Origin: an uncultured virus (IMG/VR IMGVR_UViG_3300021256_000093)
Taxonomy: Duplodnaviria; Heunggongvirae; Uroviricota; Caudoviricetes
Length of the DNA: 64,000 nt
Virus record (IMG/VR): IMGVR_UViG_3300021256_000093
Reading direction: 5' to 3' (one strand)
Positions within the stretch are counted from its first letter, which is position 1, and each line of letters begins with the position of its first letter. Below are positions 29,435 to 39,800 of this stretch, in pieces. The translations under genes and the position numbers were made by a program. The notes under the pieces were generated by a model, which searched no databases, was not told where the DNA came from, and saw only the letters and a list, made by a program, of their open reading frames with translations.

Positions 29435-29816
29435 ATTCATCAATATTATTCTTTTTTCCACCAAATCCATAATAAATCATCCAAAGCTGAGCATAATCCA
29501 ATGCTTCTTTATCAGAATAGTAATATAAATTCTTAAATATATTTACTAATATTTTGGTAAACTGCTTATGCTTATTATATATAAAATAATACTTATAAAC
29601 CCATTTCTTATCATTATTTATAATATCTATAATATGGTCATCTGTAAAATTATAACTGGCAAATTTAAACATTCCAATAATTAATGAATACAATAAACTT
29701 TTTGTATCAAATAAATAATTCAAATCAGTTTCAGTTAGTTCTTCATTTTGCAAATACTCTAATGGGTAAATATATACACCATTAACTGCAGGAAATTTTG
29801 GTTTATTCATACACAA
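29433..29816 (-). CDS. hypothetical protein
   Basis: 127-aa ORF following the helicase. Confidence 0.65.
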   Translation of the reverse strand: MCMNKPKFPAVNGVYIYPLEYLQNEELTETDLNYLFDTKSLLYSLIIGMFKFASYNFTDDHIIDIINNDKKWVYKYYFIYNKHKQFTKILVNIFKNLYYYSDKEALDYAQLWMIYYGFGGKKNNIDE

Positions 29817-29835
29817 TTAAATTTAAATGAGTTTA

Positions 29836-31809
29836 TTAAATATATTTAATTCTATTTTGTAATTCTTCTGAATATTGATTTTTTGTACTACGATATAATT
29901 GATTAAATGATGCATCTAATATATAAGTTACACACCAATCACCATTATATCTAACACCTCTACCTATACCTTGTATTATTTCATTTGATGTATGCGAATT
30001 ATACCATAATGGATATAATTTATTACGTTCATTAACTAATTTATCCATTAATGTTGGATATGGAACTTTCAATATAATAATAAATCTACAATCATCACCA
30101 GGTAAATCTATACCAGTATTTAATGTTGGACCTACTAAAATAGTATTTTCAGATAATTGATGAAGTTTAACTACTGTAAATTTTTCTCGAGAACCTGTAT
30201 ATACAAGCATTCGAGAGCGTATTTCAGGAGGTGCTTCATCATATAAACGTTTTGCAAATTCATATGAACCTGTTTGAATCATTCCTTTTTGATTACTAAA
30301 CTTAGTCTTGCATACTGAATATATAACTTGTTTCAAATGTAAAAAAGAATTTTCTCTTTCTTTAAATGTCATTTTAAATTTATTGAAAAAATATACTGGT
30401 GACTGTTGAAAATCAAAAGTAGATGGTAAAGTTTCCATAAATGATTCATTAACTATAGCATTTGGATGATCCCAATTAGTTTTTTCTTCATATTGAAATC
30501 CCATTCGTTCATCAAATGCTTCTTTTGTTCCAACAGTTGCAGAAACCATTACTTTATGTTGTGCTCGTTGAAGTAAAAAATACCATGTAATATAATCTTC
30601 TTTAGTACATTTGAAAGTTACATTAATATCTTCATCATTTACATTATTTAACTTATACTCAGGAATATTAATATCTTTTAATAAATATTCTATACCACAA
30701 ATATTTATTGCAGTTTCCATATCTTGCCATTGACAATTATGATTTTCATACCAAGAACAACATTTATATAACTTAATATCTTCTTTAGATTTTATTTTCT
30801 TATTTTGTATATTCTCTGTAATATCTTCAATAATTGGTCTAAATAATTTAATAATATCTAAGTATTTTTTTATAGTAGAATAATCTTCATCTCTTCTAGT
30901 TTCTACACATGTCCAAGTCTTCCAACATGATTTTAATTCTTTATATAATGATTCCCAAGTAGGATATTTTTTATATAATGAATGATTTCTATTTATTTCT
31001 TCATTAGAAAATAATGTTTGCTCAACAACTTCAGTAGATTGAAAATATAAAGATTTTAATTTATCAAAATATTCTACTTTTATTATTGGTGAATATTGTA
31101 ATTGTACGATTTCAGGAATATTATGACACTCATCACAAAATATAACATCATGAGGAGCAAAAATAGGATTACCTGATTGGTCTCTATTAAATACAGGATT
31201 ATTCATAACATATAAAAACAATTGATATGTCATTATACATACTTTTGCTTTTATTGCTTTCTTTCTAGCCTTAACATATTCACATGATGTTGCACAATCA
31301 TATCCTAATGTATAACAAGTTATTGAATTGAATAATGCTGCCCAAGATATTCCTGACATCCTACAATCTGAATTACGAATATCTTCTCCATTAATTGAAC
31401 ATTTATAATTACCAGTTTGTCCTTTTAAAGTAGCAATACCTGTCTTTTTATGATGCTTTAGAAATTTCTCATATTGCTCCCATAAAAATAAATCAGAAAC
31501 TAATATATATGATGTAATATTAAAATACTCAGCTAATACACCAGCAGCAATCATATTAATTAATGATTTACCACTACCTGTTGGAGCTTCTACAATATAA
31601 TTTTGATATTGATGATTAAGTATATTTTGAATAATACGAATAATACATTCTAATTGATGTTCACGAAACTTAAAATCTTTACTAATCTTTGTTGTTACCC
31701 ATTTATGACAAAATACTGATATTTCTTGGTCAGAATATTGATTATCTACTATTGTACTATCAAAAATATCTTCATAATTTATATCTTTATAATCTAGATT
31801 ATTTTCCAT
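29836..31809 (-). CDS. DinG/Rad3-family SF2 helicase
   Basis: FREHQ Q-motif, EAPTGSGKS, Cys cluster, DECH, SAT, GIDLPGDDCRFIIILKVPYP, QGIGRGVR. Confidence 0.92.
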   Translation of the reverse strand: MENNLDYKDINYEDIFDSTIVDNQYSDQEISVFCHKWVTTKISKDFKFREHQLECIIRIIQNILNHQYQNYIVEAPTGSGKSLINMIAAGVLAEYFNITSYILVSDLFLWEQYEKFLKHHKKTGIATLKGQTGNYKCSINGEDIRNSDCRMSGISWAALFNSITCYTLGYDCATSCEYVKARKKAIKAKVCIMTYQLFLYVMNNPVFNRDQSGNPIFAPHDVIFCDECHNIPEIVQLQYSPIIKVEYFDKLKSLYFQSTEVVEQTLFSNEEINRNHSLYKKYPTWESLYKELKSCWKTWTCVETRRDEDYSTIKKYLDIIKLFRPIIEDITENIQNKKIKSKEDIKLYKCCSWYENHNCQWQDMETAINICGIEYLLKDINIPEYKLNNVNDEDINVTFKCTKEDYITWYFLLQRAQHKVMVSATVGTKEAFDERMGFQYEEKTNWDHPNAIVNESFMETLPSTFDFQQSPVYFFNKFKMTFKERENSFLHLKQVIYSVCKTKFSNQKGMIQTGSYEFAKRLYDEAPPEIRSRMLVYTGSREKFTVVKLHQLSENTILVGPTLNTGIDLPGDDCRFIIILKVPYPTLMDKLVNERNKLYPLWYNSHTSNEIIQGIGRGVRYNGDWCVTYILDASFNQLYRSTKNQYSEELQNRIKYI

Positions 31810-31834
31810 ATATAAAATTTAAATAATATATATT

Positions 31835-31902
31835 AATATAGGATTTTCTCATATAAAATTAAAATGTCAATTTACTTTATAAAATATTTATTTTTATATA
31901 TA
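31835..31902. promoter_or_regulatory. back-to-back class I (leftward, 31835-31863) and class II (rightward, 31889-31902) promoter motifs
   Basis: TTTAAT-N17-TATATT on minus; TATTTTTATATATA on plus. Confidence 0.5.
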
Positions 31903-31934
31903 ATATATTTATACAAATATAGAGCGACTATAGA

Positions 31935-32501
31935 ATGATACTAACACCACAAAATAATAGATTATATGATTCACGTAACTTCGAACAGTACAAGAATTTT
32001 TATGCTATTCAATATGATGTAGAAAAGTATCGTATAATGAAAGATAAAAATCATGCAGATTCTTTTACTGTTTATACAGAATATTGGAATACTGAATTGA
32101 TTTTATCTGTTGATACTAATCAAGAAACTAGTGAAAGTATCTATAAGATAATTTATGGGCATTTTTATAATGACCAGAATTTTTTCTTATTTAAAAAAGT
32201 ACATGATGGAAAAATAGTTGGATATAAAATAAATAAATGTCGTAGAGGAGAACTCTGGCATAATAAACTAAATCAATTATATATATCAAACTATTTTAAA
32301 GATGTTCAGAAAACAGCAATAATGTTAAATATGCAGGCCAATACAGATATTGGTACAGAAACAATGAATCCTGCATTAACATATATTGAATATGATAAAG
32401 ATAATGAAAGACTAACATTTATGACTGTATGGAAAGATAATTATGATAATGAGAAATTAGAAATAATTATAGAAAATCCATATATAATTAAACCCATATA
32501 A
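31935..32501 (+). CDS. hypothetical protein
   Basis: 188-aa ORF upstream of the tail-fibre genes. Confidence 0.7.
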   Translation: MILTPQNNRLYDSRNFEQYKNFYAIQYDVEKYRIMKDKNHADSFTVYTEYWNTELILSVDTNQETSESIYKIIYGHFYNDQNFFLFKKVHDGKIVGYKINKCRRGELWHNKLNQLYISNYFKDVQKTAIMLNMQANTDIGTETMNPALTYIEYDKDNERLTFMTVWKDNYDNEKLEIIIENPYIIKPI

Positions 32502-32528
32502 AAAAATATATTTACGTAAATAAAAATT

Positions 32529-33788
32529 ATGGCAACATTACAAGAAGAAATTAGTGGTTATAGAACCGTTACCCAAAACGTTCATGACGGTTTATTATCA
32601 CAACTTAAAGTAGGTTCTCAATTATATGATATTAAGGACCCTGCCGTTGAACAATTAGCTGCTGCTATTGAAACTAGATTATCAACTGTAGAAGGTAAAG
32701 ATGTAGTTGTTAATGTTACTGGTTCTGGTGCATATGTTAAATCAGTAGTTCATGGTGCAACAGGTCATAACATTGATGTTACTGTTGGAAATATGCTTGA
32801 TGAAGCATATGTACAAGGTGCTGCTGGTAGCGGATTCCCTATTGTTCAAGTTCAACAAGCAGTAGATGGTACTATTTCTGCTGTTACAGGAACTATTGCT
32901 GCTAAGAATGTAACATTTGATGCTACTGGTGGTGTAGCGGCTACTACAGTACAAGATGCAATCATTGAAGTTTATGATGATGCAATGGCACTTAAAGGAC
33001 AAGAGGGTGATGATAAAAATGCTCAAACAATCGAAGGTGCTAAAGCATATGCTAAAGACTTAGTTGATGCATTAGCAACAGGTACAGTTGCAGAAAACTT
33101 AGAAAAAATTCAAGGTATTATTCAAGAACTTACTGATGGTGGCGGTGCACTTGATGGAACTGGCTTCCTTTCAATGATTGATAAACTCACTGGTATGGGA
33201 TGGGAAGCTACAGGTACAGATCCTGGTAATTCATCTCCTTCTGTTGTAGAATATGTACAACATGAAATCACAAAGGTAAATCAACAAAATACTGATGGTA
33301 TTAATGCATTAGATGCTGTTGTATTTGGTGCTGATGGCTTAGCTGGTGCTACTGGTGATGCTGCAGATACAGCATATGCTGGTGCAACAAGTACTAAAGT
33401 TGCTGTTAAGTTAACTGAAGTTGATGGTAAGATTACAGCTATTGATGTTAAGACTAATGATATCGCTAGTGCAACAGGTTTAGCACTTTTAGATTCAGAA
33501 GCTATTAAATTAATTAATGGTAAGACTGGTAATAGTGTTGAACTTACTGGTATGGATATTAATGGTGGTACTGGTCATCATGCATCTATAAAGATTGGTA
33601 CTGCATTAGAAGATCTTTACTTCAATAAAGCAAATGCTGCAGCATTTACAAAGACAACTGTTAATGTTTGGAATACTGAAAATGATGCATATACAAAATA
33701 TACTGCATCAACAAATACTGTAGAATTACTTGTTACTCAACAAGAAGTTTGGATTCCTACTTCTAACGTACTTGTACCACAAAGTTAA
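32529..33788 (+). CDS. putative tail-fibre/structural protein
   Basis: G/A/T-rich; TVQDAIIE, TIEGAKAYA and INGKTG fibre-type motifs. Confidence 0.65.
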   Translation: MATLQEEISGYRTVTQNVHDGLLSQLKVGSQLYDIKDPAVEQLAAAIETRLSTVEGKDVVVNVTGSGAYVKSVVHGATGHNIDVTVGNMLDEAYVQGAAGSGFPIVQVQQAVDGTISAVTGTIAAKNVTFDATGGVAATTVQDAIIEVYDDAMALKGQEGDDKNAQTIEGAKAYAKDLVDALATGTVAENLEKIQGIIQELTDGGGALDGTGFLSMIDKLTGMGWEATGTDPGNSSPSVVEYVQHEITKVNQQNTDGINALDAVVFGADGLAGATGDAADTAYAGATSTKVAVKLTEVDGKITAIDVKTNDIASATGLALLDSEAIKLINGKTGNSVELTGMDINGGTGHHASIKIGTALEDLYFNKANAAAFTKTTVNVWNTENDAYTKYTASTNTVELLVTQQEVWIPTSNVLVPQS

Positions 33789-33822
33789 AATTATTTTAAG
33801 TAAATTTTACTTAAATTTATAT

Positions 33823-33870
33823 AAGAGCTATATCTTTAGATATGGCTCTTTTTTATTATTTTTATATATA
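33823..33870 (+). terminator. intrinsic terminator (33823-33854) directly followed by a class II promoter motif (33857-33870)
   Basis: AAGAGCTATATC-TTTA-GATATGGCTCTT + T-run, then TATTTTTATATATA. Confidence 0.75.
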
Positions 33871-33898
33871 ACTAAATAAATTTATATTAATATAAATA

Positions 33899-36800
33899 AT
33901 GGCGCAAACAGGAATTTTATCAATATTAAAAATTGCTAATCAAGAGTATACAATTAAAGATGAATATTTAACAAATGTTGTTGACCAAATTATTGATGCT
34001 ATTACAGATAATAATAGGGAAATTGGTGAACGTATTAATGATTTAGATAAAAGAGCATTTGATGCTCTTATTAAAATATCATCTTTCAATGAGTCAGAAA
34101 TTGCAAGTATAGAAGATGGAATGTATAAGCTTCAATATGTAACTATTACTGGTGAAGGAGATAATGCAACTGAAACACTTGATAATTCAGCCATATTAAT
34201 TCAAACAGGAAATAACCAATATTTATATAAAGATGGACTATTATGGTCAAGAGTTAAATCAAACAATTCTTGGGACCGTTGGAATGTAATCGAACGTGGA
34301 GTTACTTCTGTAAATGGTATGACTGGTGCAGTTACTATTGCAGATAAATTATCAACAGGATATGAAGCATCTGCTTTATCAAATGAAGCATTAGCACCTA
34401 CTGGTAATGATACATTTGAAATTGCTATTGGAAAACTACATAAAGCAATTCTTGATAATGAAGAAATTACTGCTCAAGCATATGCAGATATTGACGAACG
34501 TATTGATGAATTAGCTGATGTAGCTTCATCAGGTGATTATAATGACTTAATCAATACTCCATCTATACCTGAATATATATCTGATTTAGAAAATGATGAA
34601 GGTTTCATCAATGCTTCATCACTTAAAACCATCGGTGGCACTTCTATAGTAGGAACTGGTAATATTTCATTCCCTGTTACTAGTGTAAATGGTAAAACTG
34701 GTGCAGTAACTATTAATGTTCCAGTTACTAGTGTAAATGGTAAAACTGGTGCAGTTACTATTACTCATCCTGTTACTTCAGTTAATGGAATGACTGGCGT
34801 GGTAACTGTTAATGTTCCAGTTACTTCAGTTAATGGCATGACTGGTGCAGTATCATTAACTGCAGAAGATGTTAAAGCAGAACCAGATTACTCAAAGCAA
34901 TATTTAACATTTGAAGCATTAGAAGATACAACATTTACATTTACGCAAAATGCTTTACAATACAGTTTAGATAATGGAATAACATGGACAACATTAGCTG
35001 CGGGCACTGCATCTCCAACAGTAAGTGCTGGTAATAAGATAATGTGGAAGCAGACAGGATTAATTCCAACATCAAGTGATGGTATTGGTATATTTAGTTC
35101 AACTGGTCAATTTAATGCTCAAGGTAATATTATGTCTCTATACTATGGAGATAACTTTGTTGGACAAGTAAGTTTATCAGGTAAAGAATATGCATTTAAT
35201 AGATTATTTAATTATTCTTTTGATAAATTAATTAATGCGTCTAATCTTATGTTACCTGCAACCACATTAGCAACCCATTGTTATGAAAATATGTTCTGTA
35301 ATTGTACAAGTCTAACTGCTGCACCTGAATTACCCGCAACTACATTAGAATATGAATGTTATTACCGTATGTTCTATGGTTGTACAAGTCTAACTACAGC
35401 ACCTGAATTACCTGCAACTACATTAGCAGAAGGTTGTTATCATCAAATGTTTCGTGGTTGTACAAGTCTAATTATAGTTCCAAAATTACCTACAACTATA
35501 TTGGTAGATAATTGTTATGACGGTATGTTTATGGGTTGTGCATCATTAAGAACTGCTCCTGAACTTCCTGCTACTACATTAGCAAATGGTTGTTATAGTA
35601 GTATGTTCAGTAAATGTACACATTTAACAACGGCTCCAGAGTTGCCTGCAACAGCATTGGTAGATGGCTGTTATCAAAGTATGTTCACCGGTTGTACAAA
35701 TCTTAATTATATTAAATGTTTGGCTACAGATATATCTGCAACTGATTGTACAAAAACTTGGGTAAAAAATGTTTCTTCTACAGGTACCTTTGTTAAAGCA
35801 GATAATATGGATTCTTGGGTTACTGTTACTGATAATAACGGTATACCTTTTGGCTGGGAGGATGATATATATACAGAATCAGAATATGAGGTGGTGAGAC
35901 ATTATGAATTAAATAATGTTGGCAGTGTTACTTCTGTTAATGGAATGACTGGTGCAGTAAGTTTAAATATTCCTGATGCTCAAATTCAATCGGACTGGAA
36001 TCAAACAGCTACTGGCGCAAAGGATTATATAAAGAATAAACCAAATATAGTTACTAGTGTGAATGGTAAAACTGGTGCAGTAACTTTAGATATTCCTTCT
36101 GAAATTATTACTGGTCAAATTGTTGGAAGAATGCATAGAGATAATGTATCTGGCACTGGTAATTTGACAATCACAGGTGCATCTGGAGAAGGATTTAGTC
36201 CTACTGGAATCACTACAGCTGGTAAATATATAGTAGTTGTATATTCATGGTCAGATACTAAAACATTTGGATATAATATTTCATTTGGTAGTAATAATTA
36301 TACATTAACTACAACAGATGGAACAATATCTGATAAACGAGAATTAACAGTTTCTGCGGGAGCTTTATGGAGTGGATCAGTTACGGTTGCAGTTAGTGCA
36401 GGTACAACTATTATTGTTGAAATTTATAAAGCAGAAAAAATAACTCCGGCATTAAGTGTTGGTACAGTTGCTTTAACTAATTTATATAATGATTTAGATG
36501 GTAAACCTACAATATCAAGTAGTACATCATCTACATCTACCACAGATATAGCATCATCAAGAGCTGTTAAATTAGCATATGATAATGGTGGCGTTCAAAG
36601 CGTAAATGGCATGACTGGAGCAGTTACTATAACTATTCCTGAAGGACAATTATCAAATAATTATGCAACTGCAACTGGAACAAATAGTGAGTTATTATTA
36701 GCTTCTGGTGATACATATGAAAAAGCATTTGGAAAACTTGAAAAAGAAATATTAGATAATGAATTAATTGCTGCAGCAGGAATGAATGACCTTAATGAGC

Positions 36801-39800
36801 AAATTGCAAATATTACTCATCCAGTTACTTCTGTTAATGGTCAAACTGGAGCAGTTACTGGATTAGCTCCTCTAGTATCTCCAGGATTTTCAGGTACGCC
36901 AACAGCACCTACTCCAACAGCAGGTACAAATAATACTCAAATTGCAACAACAGCTTTTGTTCAAACTGCAGTAAGTCAATTTGGAAATGCAATGGAATTC
37001 AAGGGTAGTGTAGGAACTGGTGGTACATATACAAGTTCAAACTTCCCTGCATCGTCAAGCTCTAATAAAGGTTGGACAGTTAAAATTATAACTGATGGAA
37101 CATATCAAGGTGTAACTGCTAAAGAAGGTGATACTTTAATTAGTGACGGAACAACATGGGTATTAATTCCATCTGGTGATGAACCAAATGGAACTGTTAT
37201 GAGTGTTGGTTTATCAATGCCTACAGGTTTTGAAGTATCTAATTCACCTATTACATCAAGTGGAACATTAGAGGTATCTATGAAAAATGGATATATGATA
37301 CCTACTACAACACAAGCAACACAATGGACTAATAAAGTTACTTCTGTAAATGGTAAGACTGGTACAGTAACTATTAATATTCCTGTTACCTCAGTTAATG
37401 GACAAACTGGTGCTGTTGTTATTACTCATCCTGTTACATCAGTTAATGGTCAAACTGGTGCTGTTGTTACTACATTATCTGATGAATATGAACCATCTTC
37501 TGAAAATAATGATGATTTATTATTGGAATCAGGAGATACATATGAAGAAGCATTTGGAAAACTTGAAAAGGAAATACTTAATAACTCAGAAATTACAGCT
37601 GCAGCTATTCAACAAATTGCTTCTGCTCAAGCTAATGCAGTTACATCAGTTAATGGAGAAACTGGAGATGTTGAAATTCCTATTTATGAAGAAAAAATAT
37701 TAACTGCAGAGCATAACGAATATGATCCTGGAATGTATTCATTTTATATTAATGGAGAATCACCAGATAATAATCAAGAAGTTATTGATTTATTAGTTCA
37801 AAATAAAACAGTTATAATTGATGATACTTTCTATTATTTATTAGATATTAAAGAAGATAATGTGAATAACGCACAAATATATTATATTGGATCAATAAAT
37901 CATAATAACTCAGAATTAAATATTATCGGATTGAGATATTTATTATCATCTAATAGTTTTTATTATTCGCAATATAAAACTATAAATTTAGGCGGTGGAG
38001 GTGTTACATCAGTAAATGGTCAAACTGGTATTGTAACAATTTCAGATAAATTATCAACAGGATATTCTGCATCAGTATTAACAAATGATGCATTAAATCC
38101 TACAGGTAATGATACATTTGAAATTGCAATTGGTAAACTTCATAAATCTATTATAGATAATGAAGAAGTAACATCAGGAGCATTAGCTGATCTTGATGAA
38201 CGTATAGATAATTTAGCGACTGTTGCAACATCAGGTAATTATAATGATTTAATTAATAAACCAATTATTACTCATCCAGTTACATCAGTTAATGGAATGA
38301 CAGGTGCAATAACACTTTCTCAAATTAATGCAGATTGGAATTCTGCTACAGGTGCATCACAAATATTAAATAAACCAGCTATAAAAACAAATAATTCTAC
38401 ATCATATATTTCTTATAATTATAATGATGACTCATTTTCAACTACATGTATAAACATAGATAGCGCATATATAACTGCAAAAACTTCTACAAATAATGAA
38501 TTACGATTAGGAAATGCTGAATTTTATTTATATTTTAATAATGGAACTTCATATTTAAAATCTTCTCCAGCTGAATTAATTTTCAATTCAAATATTGATA
38601 CCTCATATATGAAATTTACATCTGGGGGAGCAGGTGGGTTTAATATATATTCTGCATATAATGGATATAATTTGTCTATTTATAATAACTGGACAAATTA
38701 TGATAATGGATCAGCGCCAAGATTAATAGCATCTTCATATAATACAACTAATAATACACAAAACGTTGAAACATTTGCATTTATATCTGATATTACATCA
38801 TATGCCCTTGTGACATCAGTAAATGGACAAACTGGTACAGTCACAGTTAATGTTCCAGTTACTTCAGTTAATGGTATGACTGGTGCAATATCTCAAACTC
38901 AAGCTGATTGGATTGATAATGATACTACAAGTTATGGATTTATAAAAAATAAACCACAAATTACTACAGCTAAGTCTGGTGTAGGAGTATATTCGACATA
39001 TATAAATAAATCTAGTGGAGCATATTATACATATATTCAAGGAACTACCAGTTATCTTTATACTTCTGCAATATATTTTGGAACTGGCATATCTTATTTA
39101 TCTAATAATTCATATATTGGTAATACAAAATCTAATAGTACAAAAGTCGCAACTATTGGTGATATACCTGTTACTTCAGTTAATGGTCAAACCGGTGCAG
39201 TTACTATCACGCATCCTGTTACTTTTGTTAATGGTATGACGGGTGTAGTATTATTAACTGCAGAAGATGTTAAAGCAGTACCAGATTATTCAAAACAGTA
39301 TTTAACATTTGAAGCATTACAAGATACAACATTTAAATTTACAATAAATGCTTTACAATATAGTTTAGATAATGGAGCTACATGGACAACATTATCTAAA
39401 AATACTGCATCTCCTATGGTTACTGCTGGAAATAAGATTATGTGGAAACAAACAGGACTTACTCCAGCTTTAGCAGGAGGTATTGGACAATTTTCTTCAA
39501 CAGGTAATTTTAATGTACAAGGTAATATTATGTCCTTATACTATGGCGATGATTTTATTAATCAAACAGATCTTACTGGGAAATCTTATGCATTTAAAAC
39601 ACTATTTTCTGGTAATTCACATATTATTGAGGCAAAAAATTTGATATTACCTGCATTACAATTAACTCCTAGTTGTTATGATTCAATGTTTCAAAGTTGT
39701 ATAAATCTTATTACTATACCAAAACTTCCAGCAACAACATTAGCAAATAGTTGTTATCATTCAATGTTCTATGGTTGTACAAGTTTAACAACAGCACCGT